A DNA stretch of 35,655 bases from an uncultured Halothiobacillaceae bacterium (GTDB taxonomy: Bacteria > Pseudomonadota > Gammaproteobacteria > CAZROX01). Below, in pieces: positions 29,307-35,655 of the stretch. A program made the translations under genes and the position numbers. Numbering within the stretch: the stretch's first letter is position 1; each line of letters opens with the position of its first letter. The notes beneath the pieces are model-generated. The model had not been told where the DNA came from. It searched no databases and saw only the letters and a program-made list of their open reading frames with translations. Where the stretch lies: the NCBI GenBank assembly GCA_964601845.1, contig CAZROX010000003.1, positions 2,191 to 37,845 on the forward strand. Direction: 5' to 3'.

Positions 29307-29735
29307 TTAGGGATTATCGGCGTTGTTATCGTGCACGGTTGCAATTGATAGCTTGTTGAGCCCGATGCGCCGTGTAATATCCATAACATTGACAACCGCT
29401 TGATAGGGGGTTTGACTGTCAGCGCGCAATATCAATTTGCGATCTTTGTTCTGCTGGGCAATTTTTGACAGCACTGCGTGCAGGGTGGACTTTTCATTAT
29501 TAGCTAGCTTTTTGCCTGCAATGGCATAGTCGCCTTCTCGGCTGATGGATATGGTGATCGATCCTTGATCTTGTACTTGCTGTTGTGCACTGGCCTGTGG
29601 GAGTTCAATGCTGAGTCTGGACTCTTTTTGAAAGGTGGTCGATACCATAAAAAAAATCAGCAACAAAAAAACGACATCGATCAGTGGGGTGATGTTGATG
29701 TCCAGGTCTTCTTGTTGATCGGATGTCAGTTTCAT
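29307..29735 (-). CDS. exbD: Biopolymer transport protein ExbD/TolR family
   Basis: 142 aa, INITPLIDVVFLLLIFFM TM motif followed by a periplasmic domain. Confidence 0.88.
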   Translation of the reverse strand: MKLTSDQQEDLDINITPLIDVVFLLLIFFMVSTTFQKESRLSIELPQASAQQQVQDQGSITISISREGDYAIAGKKLANNEKSTLHAVLSKIAQQNKDRKLILRADSQTPYQAVVNVMDITRRIGLNKLSIATVHDNNADNP

Positions 29736-29754
29736 AGTCGTTGCCAGCGTCGCT

Positions 29755-30378
29755 TTATTTTGCTGTCTTGCTTTTGGCAGGTGTTTGTAACAGTTCGATG
29801 AGCAGGATAGATTGCTGCTCTATATCCACGACCAAGCTACGTATTTTATTTTGTAAAAAACGATAAAAAATCAAACTGGGAATGGCGACCGATAACCCAG
29901 CGGCTGTGGTCAGTAGTGCCTGTGATATGCCTCTGGCCAGCTCGGACGCATCGCTGGCGCCCGATTGGGTAATGGTCGCAAACACGTCGATCATGCCGAC
30001 CACGGTGCCCAACAGCCCCAGCAGGGGCGTGATGGCGGCAATGGTACCCAGCGTATTGAGAAAGTGTTGCAGATCGTGTGCGATATGGCGCCCGACATCC
30101 TCAATTTTTTGATTGAGTACCTCGGACGTCTGATGGCGATTGATCAGTGCGGTGGCCAGTATCTTGCCAAGTGGCGAGCTGTTTTTGAGCTGTGTCAGCT
30201 GCGCCTCATTCAGCTTGGTGTGCGTGGCCAGTTGCACGGTGTTTTCCAGCAGGTTCTGCGGCAGCACCTTGTTGTGCTGTAACGCCCACAAGCGCTCGAT
30301 GATAATGGCCAGTGCAATGATAGAGCACAAAAGAATCGGCAGCATCAACCAGCCACCTGTCACAATCAAATCGTACAA
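29755..30378 (-). CDS. exbB: MotA/TolQ/ExbB proton-channel family protein
   Basis: GGWLMLPILLCSIIALAIIIERLW, and the C-terminal region ALLTTAAGLSVAIPSLIFY. TTG start with AGGGG 6 nt upstream. Confidence 0.88.
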   Translation of the reverse strand: MYDLIVTGGWLMLPILLCSIIALAIIIERLWALQHNKVLPQNLLENTVQLATHTKLNEAQLTQLKNSSPLGKILATALINRHQTSEVLNQKIEDVGRHIAHDLQHFLNTLGTIAAITPLLGLLGTVVGMIDVFATITQSGASDASELARGISQALLTTAAGLSVAIPSLIFYRFLQNKIRSLVVDIEQQSILLIELLQTPAKSKTAK

Positions 30379-30450
30379 AATTGACCCCTAACTATGATTT
30401 GGCCGCCAAGCATATGAGATCGCATAGCGCATTCGGACACACTGCCCGCA

Positions 30451-32775
30451 TCATAAAGGATTGACCGCTTGAGGTGAAGCGCGCGCGTGCCAGTAGCGCA
30501 CTTTGATCTCCCGTTGCGCCCGCAGCTGCCATGCCTGCTCGTGCGGGTGCCATATCAGAGAGATGGCACCCTGTCTGCCGGTGTGCCACAAGGTGGCACC
30601 TTTTTGCCGGTAGCGCTGCTCAATTTGCACGTGCGGTAGGTTAAATCTATTGATATGCCCGGCGGCAAAGATCACGTGTTGTGGTTGTAAGCGATCGAGA
30701 AACGCCTCGGTGGAGGAGGTGCGACTGCCGTGATGCGGTGCGACGAGCACATCGACCTGTCCGATGCCATCTGCTAGCAATAACTGCTCGGCGCGGTGCT
30801 CTATATCGCCTGTCAGCAGAAATTGGCTCGTGCCGGTGCTGATCATAAGCACGCACGACAAATCGTTTTTGCTGCTTAGGTCGTGGCTGGCAGGTGGGTG
30901 GAGCATGGCAAAATCAATCCCATCCCAGTGCCATTTTTGCCCCGCAAGGCAGGGCGATGCCGGCACTGTGAGCTTATCGGGCGCGCTGGAGAGTACCTCG
31001 GCGATCGCGATGCCGCTGTGGAGCGCGGGCAGACCGCCTCTATGATCTCGATCTGAGTGGGAGATAATGACTCGATCTATCTTGTCGATTCCGAGCGATC
31101 GCAACGTGGGTAGGATGACCGCATCGGCGGCATTGAAAGTCTCTGAAAAACGATCGCCGGTATCGTAGATCAGGGTATGCGTTTTAGTGCGGACAATCAC
31201 GGCCAGCCCTTGCCCAACATCCAACACCAGCACCCGCAGCTCACCTGGCATGAGCGCGCTCTGATTGGTGTTGAGCAGCAGTGGCAACAACATGATGCCA
31301 GCGGCCCAGCGCACGCCCAGGGCACCGGGCAATAGCAGCAGGGCGGTGGCAATGAGTGCCAGCGCGATGGCCAGGGTAGAGGGTTGGGCATCGATCACCG
31401 GAAAGAGCCCACTTAACTCGATTAACGACAGGTAGGACCAAAATAGATTGATGGCGCTATCTGCCAAGCTGAGCACGAGATGGGAGAGGTCGCTATTGAC
31501 CATGCCGAGTGCCAGCCCGATCAGCACGGTGGGTACAACCACCAGACCGACCCAGGGGATAGCCAGCAGATTGGCCACCACCGAGGCAGTGGGTAGCTGG
31601 CCAAATAGTGCCAACAACCAAGGTGCCATGCCGACCAGTAACAACAGCTGTATTTTCACAGCGCCGACCCACCACAGTGGCTTGAACAGGCGACCGGTGA
31701 CACAGGCTAAGATCAGCGATACAGCCACAAACGACAACCAAAACCCAACCGACAGCACCGCCGTGGTATCCCACAGCAAAATCAGTATCAGTGCGCTATT
31801 TAGGGCCGAGTAGGGCGTGATGCGGCTGCGCAATAAGATGGCACCCATCGGCACCAGTACCATGATAAGCGCCCGTTGGGTCGGCAGCGAGAAGCTGGCC
31901 ATCATCGCGTAGAGCGTCACGGCGACCATACAGGCCAGACAGCAAAAAGTGATTTTTGTGCAATGGGTCTGTAGTGGTGTTATCAGCCGCCACAACAAAC
32001 CTGCCAGCATAAACACCAAGCCACCAATCAAGCCGATGTGCAGGCCGGAGATTGCCATTAAATGCACCGTGCCGGTATCTTTGAGCTTCTGCCACTGTTG
32101 GGGTGTCATGTCCGATCGCTCGCCGAGGCTCAGCGCAAGAAAGATGGCGGTGTTGTCGAGATCGGCTGCTGTGGTTCGTAGGGTGTGCGCTAATTTGGCA
32201 CGCATCTGGTCGATGGGGTAGCGATACGCGCGTGCGGGCTCTAGCAGGCGGTTGTCTGCGCGCCCAACGATATAGCCGGTTGCACGAATATTTTTTTCAA
32301 ATAAGAATCGTTCGTAATCGAATCCACCCGGGTTGATAAAGCCATGTGGTTTTTTTAGCTTGACCGTCAGCTGCCAGTACTGCCCCAGCTCGATGGCATC
32401 GGAGGCGCTGTAGCGATACCAATTGAGGCGTACGCGCAGTGGCAGCTGTAGTCGCTGACCATCGTGCAGGACATAGTCGATATCAAACAAAAATTGTTGC
32501 TTGAGTGGCTGTTTGCTCGGCAGACTGGCGACATGGCCCAGGATGCGAATCGGGCGATTCTCCAAGTCATCTGGCAGTTTTTTGTCCAGCATTATCTGTG
32601 CCTGATAGGCGGCCCAGCAAAAACCGATCAGGACAATGGCAATCGGTGCGAGCGCACGTCTCCACAGCATGGCAAGGGCGAGTACGCCCAAAGCGGCGAT
32701 GACAGATAGCGGTGGCAGCACAGGTAGCTGGTGCACCGAGAGCACACCCAGCAGTAAACTTGCACCCGACCACAT
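30451..32775 (-). CDS. comEC: DNA internalization-related competence protein ComEC/Rec2 (with C-terminal metallo-beta-lactamase domain)
   Basis: Polytopic competence domain, then an MBL-like region VLDVGQGLA...ISHSDRDHRGG...VAPHHGS. ATG 32775 has AAGGA 6 nt upstream. The track TTG at 32781 abuts that SD and is less likely. Confidence 0.88.
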   Translation of the reverse strand: MWSGASLLLGVLSVHQLPVLPPLSVIAALGVLALAMLWRRALAPIAIVLIGFCWAAYQAQIMLDKKLPDDLENRPIRILGHVASLPSKQPLKQQFLFDIDYVLHDGQRLQLPLRVRLNWYRYSASDAIELGQYWQLTVKLKKPHGFINPGGFDYERFLFEKNIRATGYIVGRADNRLLEPARAYRYPIDQMRAKLAHTLRTTAADLDNTAIFLALSLGERSDMTPQQWQKLKDTGTVHLMAISGLHIGLIGGLVFMLAGLLWRLITPLQTHCTKITFCCLACMVAVTLYAMMASFSLPTQRALIMVLVPMGAILLRSRITPYSALNSALILILLWDTTAVLSVGFWLSFVAVSLILACVTGRLFKPLWWVGAVKIQLLLLVGMAPWLLALFGQLPTASVVANLLAIPWVGLVVVPTVLIGLALGMVNSDLSHLVLSLADSAINLFWSYLSLIELSGLFPVIDAQPSTLAIALALIATALLLLPGALGVRWAAGIMLLPLLLNTNQSALMPGELRVLVLDVGQGLAVIVRTKTHTLIYDTGDRFSETFNAADAVILPTLRSLGIDKIDRVIISHSDRDHRGGLPALHSGIAIAEVLSSAPDKLTVPASPCLAGQKWHWDGIDFAMLHPPASHDLSSKNDLSCVLMISTGTSQFLLTGDIEHRAEQLLLADGIGQVDVLVAPHHGSRTSSTEAFLDRLQPQHVIFAAGHINRFNLPHVQIEQRYRQKGATLWHTGRQGAISLIWHPHEQAWQLRAQREIKVRYWHARASPQAVNPL

Positions 32776-32883
32776 CAGCAATCCTTTGCCTGTTATACGA
32801 GGTTAATCGTATCGTTTAGGCGGGGGGTGGCGCTGCTCGATGCGCGTTGATTTCATCGGGCGGGCGGCGATATGTCGGTATCG

Positions 32884-33582
32884 CTAGTGCACGACATCGG
32901 TCAACTTACCGCCTGCGAGGCGCAGTGTGCGTGGCATCTGCCGTGCCAGTCGCATGTTGTGTGTGGTGACGATAAAGCTGACCTGTAGCTCTCGATTGAG
33001 TTCGAGCATCAACTGCTGTATCTCCTCTGCGGCTTTTTCATCGAGGTTGCCGGTTGGCTCGTCGGCCAGCACACAGCGCGGGTTGGAGACCAGTGCGCGC
33101 GCGATGGCAGCGCGTTGGCGCTGCCCGCCGGATAACTCGCTCGGTCTGTGGTCTAGCCTCTCGGACAGGCCGACCCGATCGAGCAGGGCGGCGGCCTCTT
33201 TTTGCGCGCGGGCACTGCTGTAGCCGCGAATCAGCAGTGGCATGGCGACATTTTCGAGGCAGCTCAACTCGGGTAGGAGATGATGCATCTGATAGATAAA
33301 CCCCAGTGCCCGATTGCGCAGCTGGTTGAGCTTGCCAGCCGACATGCTGCTGAGTTGTTGGCCATCTATGAGAATGGTGCCCGCGCTGACTTTTTCTAGC
33401 CCGGCCAATAGATGCAGGAGCGTGCTTTTGCCACAGCCCGATGCGCCGATAATCGCGATGCACTCACCGGGCATTACGCACAGATCGAGCGCATGCAGCA
33501 CCTGAATGGTGGTGCCTGTCTCGGTGTATTGCTTGCAGACAGATTGGGCGTGTACCACGGGCTGGACGGTTGGGTTATTCAT
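32884..33582 (-). CDS. lolD: Lipoprotein-releasing system ATP-binding protein LolD
   Basis: Walker A GASGCGKST, LSGGQRQR, Walker B VLADEPTGNLD. Overlaps the upstream permease gene by 8 nt. Confidence 0.9.
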   Translation of the reverse strand: MNNPTVQPVVHAQSVCKQYTETGTTIQVLHALDLCVMPGECIAIIGASGCGKSTLLHLLAGLEKVSAGTILIDGQQLSSMSAGKLNQLRNRALGFIYQMHHLLPELSCLENVAMPLLIRGYSSARAQKEAAALLDRVGLSERLDHRPSELSGGQRQRAAIARALVSNPRCVLADEPTGNLDEKAAEEIQQLMLELNRELQVSFIVTTHNMRLARQMPRTLRLAGGKLTDVVH

Positions 33583-34825
33583 AGCGCAGGTGCTCTATTG
33601 GATCGACCTTGGATGCACTCCAAGCGGGGTAGATAGTTGCCAGCAGAGAGAGCGCAAACGATAAACCGCTGATGTAGAGCACGTCCTCCCACCGGAGTTT
33701 GGAGGGGATGCTGCTGATGGCATAGACACTCGGGTCTATAAACTGGGTATTGAAGATGCCCTCTATAAAGCTAACCACGTGCTCGACATTAATGGCCAGC
33801 AACACGCCACCGACCACGCCGAGTATGGTGCCGATCACCCCAACTGCCAAGCCTTGAATAAAAAATATCATCAAAATACTATTAGCACTTGCCCCCAGAG
33901 TACGCAAAATGGCGATATCGCCCAGCTTGTCGATCACTAACATAACCAGCGTGGAGATGATGTTAAACGCCGCCACCGCAATAATCAGTGTCAAAATTAC
34001 AAACATCACTTTCTTTTCTGTCTGCACCGCATGAAAATAATTGCGATGCTTGTGCGTCCAGTCCGAGACATCGTAAGCGGCGCTAAGCGAGTTATTGAGC
34101 CGATTTGTAACGCGCTGGGATGCGAACATATCATCTAACTTCAGCTGCACGCCGCTCACCCCATCGCCGATACTCAGCACGCGCCTGGCATCCTCCAGAT
34201 TGATCAACACCAACGAGCGATCATACTCGTACAGACCGGCCTCAAATATGCCGCTGACGGTAAAGCGCCTAAGCCTAGGCAGCACGCCCACAGGGGTTAG
34301 GCGCGCTTGTGGGGCGATCAGAATAATCTTATCGCCAATATCGACACCCAGATAGCGCGCCAGCGCCCCCCCGATCACCATGTTGTAGCTACCCGCCTCT
34401 AAATCGTCCAAACTGCCCTCGACCACGTGATCTGCAATATCGGATACCTGACTATCCAGCTCCGGTAGCAGGCCGCGCACCTGCGTGCCGCTGACCCGCT
34501 TGCCATGGATTAACATCACCTGCCCATAGACGTAGGGGGCGGCACCGATTACTTTGTCTTGCTTGAGGGCTTTTTGCGAGACACCTTCCCAATCTTTTAT
34601 CGGGCGGTTGGCCAGACGGGTGATTTCAACGTGCGCTGCCATGCCCAAAATTCGCTCCCGCACCTCCTGCTCAAAACCGTTCATCACAGACATCACGGTA
34701 ATCAGTGTCGTGATACCCAGTGCAATGCCTACAATAGAGATAATGGAGAGAAAGCCGATAAAGCTGTTGCGGCGTTTTGCGCGCAGGTAGCGTAGGCCGA
34801 TAGAGAGTTGATAAGGTTGTCGCAT
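33575..34825 (-). CDS. Lipoprotein-releasing system transmembrane subunit, LolC/LolE family (only copy in this locus)
   Basis: Starts MRQPYQLSIGLRYLRAKRRNSFIGFLS (ATG 34825). Has a MacB/FtsX-type topology with a large periplasmic domain and the C-terminus YPAWSASKVDPIEHLRYE. The track start at 34888 adds 21 non-homologous residues. Confidence 0.88.
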   Translation of the reverse strand: MRQPYQLSIGLRYLRAKRRNSFIGFLSIISIVGIALGITTLITVMSVMNGFEQEVRERILGMAAHVEITRLANRPIKDWEGVSQKALKQDKVIGAAPYVYGQVMLIHGKRVSGTQVRGLLPELDSQVSDIADHVVEGSLDDLEAGSYNMVIGGALARYLGVDIGDKIILIAPQARLTPVGVLPRLRRFTVSGIFEAGLYEYDRSLVLINLEDARRVLSIGDGVSGVQLKLDDMFASQRVTNRLNNSLSAAYDVSDWTHKHRNYFHAVQTEKKVMFVILTLIIAVAAFNIISTLVMLVIDKLGDIAILRTLGASANSILMIFFIQGLAVGVIGTILGVVGGVLLAINVEHVVSFIEGIFNTQFIDPSVYAISSIPSKLRWEDVLYISGLSFALSLLATIYPAWSASKVDPIEHLRYE

Positions 34826-35036
34826 CGGTAGTGGGTTACTCGGTACAGGGCGTGGATAACATATTTTAGAGCATTCGCCTGCACACAACAGAAACTCTCT
34901 GCCCGTCTTGGGTTTAGGATGTGCGCCGACAGTGCATTGTGCACATCGGGAGATGAAAAGCCAGTGTCCGCCGCCACAAATTACAGGCTATCCGATTACT
35001 AGATCGTTACAGGCCACACTATCCGAACCTGACATC

Positions 35037-35050
35037 GCCTAGGCCTAGGC
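35037..35050. repeat. Perfect 14-bp palindrome gcctaggcctaggc upstream of the FN3 lipoprotein gene (possible operator)
   Basis: Its reverse complement equals itself. It sits immediately upstream of the candidate -35 box. The palindrome itself is certain; a regulatory role is only inferred. Confidence 0.3.
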
Positions 35051-35057
35051 ATCGCCC

Positions 35058-35086
35058 TTGTTCAAGTGGCTCACGCTCATTACAAT
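35058..35086 (+). promoter_or_regulatory. Candidate sigma70 promoter for the FN3 lipoprotein gene
   Basis: -35 TTGTTC (35058-35063), 17-nt spacer, -10 TACAAT (35081-35086), about 54 nt upstream of ATG 35140. Confidence 0.3.
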
Positions 35087-35139
35087 GCAGCCATATTTTT
35101 AGTAAATAATTCGCGCATTTCCGCGCTGAGATCTCTGCC

Positions 35140-35655
35140 ATGCCTTTCTCCCATTTAAAATCCTGTGTTATTTTGTCGGTTATGGCGTTGGCACTGTCAG
35201 CTTGTGGTGGTGGCAGCACCGCAGTTTCGGTGCCCTCCACTCCCTCGGCACCGACCACAAGTGCGCAAAGCACGACCCAAATAGAGATCTCTTGGGCTGC
35301 GGTAAGCGGTGCGAGCCGTTATCGGTTGTATCACTCGATGGCGGCGACCAGTGGCTTTACTGAAATCCACACAGCCACCAGTGGTTCAGACTTGCGCTAC
35401 AACAACACAGGCTTAACTGCCGGCACCACCTACTATTACACCATCGACGCCTGTGCCAGCAGTTTAGATGACAGCTGCTCGGCACAGTCGGGTGCCAGCA
35501 GTGCCACCACGGTGGCGATACCAGCGGCACCAGCGCCACCGGCTGCCATCGCGCAAAGCACGACCCAAATAGGTCTCTCTTGGGCTGCGGTAAGCGGTGC
35601 GAGCCGTTATCGGTTGTATAGCTCAAGGGCGGCGGACAGTGGCGTTAGTCAGACG
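35140..35655 (+). CDS. Lipoprotein with tandem fibronectin-III-like modules, 3' end cut by the window edge (not in the supplied ORF track)
   Basis: Hand translation from ATG 35140 gives MPFSHLKSCVILSVMALALSAC|GGGS (lipobox LSAC). It continues ...QSTTQIEISWAAVSGASRYRLYHS...TGLTAGTTYYYTIDAC....C.. and a second module begins QSTTQIGLSWAAVSGASRYRLYSS. The frame is open for all 172 codons to the window end. The antisense track ORFs 35019-35273 and 35357-35626 are rejected. Confidence 0.8.
   Translation, partial: MPFSHLKSCVILSVMALALSACGGGSTAVSVPSTPSAPTTSAQSTTQIEISWAAVSGASRYRLYHSMAATSGFTEIHTATSGSDLRYNNTGLTAGTTYYYTIDACASSLDDSCSAQSGASSATTVAIPAAPAPPAAIAQSTTQIGLSWAAVSGASRYRLYSSRAADSGVSQT
35263..35619 (+). 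repeat. Direct repeat: 69-nt segments at 35263-35331 and 35551-35619 (period 288 nt, one 96-aa module)
   Basis: gcgcaaagcacgacccaaatagAGAtctcttgggctgcggtaagcggtgcgagccgttatcggttgtat versus the second copy with GTC at the capitalised positions. 66 of 69 nt are identical by hand alignment. Confidence 0.9.

Noticed and set aside
30392-30589. 65-aa ORF overlapping the 3' end of comEC and the comEC-exbB spacer.
   Set aside because: It is out of frame with comEC over most of its length, and has no RBS and no motif. It is most likely spurious.
35019-35626. Two minus-strand track ORFs (35019-35273, 35357-35626).
   Set aside because: The plus strand carries an uninterrupted 172-codon frame with a lipoprotein signal, a lipobox and repeated FN3-like modules. 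The minus-strand ORFs are its shadow.
1-35655. Searched by eye for tRNA/rRNA genes, CRISPR repeat-spacer arrays, IS/transposase or integrase genes, toxin-antitoxin pairs and defence-system signatures.
   Set aside because: None found. Every ORF over 100 aa that is not a shadow frame is accounted for by a recognisable family. The only spacers over 150 nt are 926-1349, 2985-3248, 3651-3814, 12302-12463 and 34826-35139, and none shows a tRNA-like T-loop/acceptor pattern or arrayed repeats.

Overview
This window reads as a mostly housekeeping chromosomal segment of a gammaproteobacterium, with local gene order resembling Pseudomonas/Xanthomonas-type genomes. Left to right: the 3' part of nnrS; a secreted seven-repeat FG-GAP (integrin-alpha-like) protein; a divergent DUF1636 gene; a two-subunit NAD-linked formate dehydrogenase (fused NuoE/NuoF-like beta subunit plus Mo/W-pterin alpha subunit) followed by folD and ETF-ubiquinone oxidoreductase; a minus-strand AI-2E transporter plus DUF4124 gene; a complete isc operon (iscR-iscS-iscU-iscA-hscB-hscA-fdx-iscX); ndk-rlmN-pilW-hisS-yfgM-bamB; minus-strand obg-proB; an orphan pilD; a long minus-strand operon lolC/E-lolD-comEC-exbB-exbD-msbA-lpxK; and the start of a fibronectin-III-like repeat lipoprotein that runs off the right edge. 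I recognised no rRNA, tRNA, CRISPR array, IS/transposase, integrase, phage or known defence genes. I do not see a convincing novel multi-gene system. The items most worth a second look are: (1) two related secreted proteins at opposite ends of the window (FG-GAP propeller and FN3-repeat lipoprotein) with internal DNA repeats; (2) a compact formate dehydrogenase-folD-ETF-QO cluster with a DUF1636 neighbour and a TTG start preceded by a short upstream ORF; (3) a single LolC/E-type permease gene; (4) a low-GC block covering pilD-lpxK-msbA. All product calls come from reading motifs in the supplied translations by eye. No database search was run.
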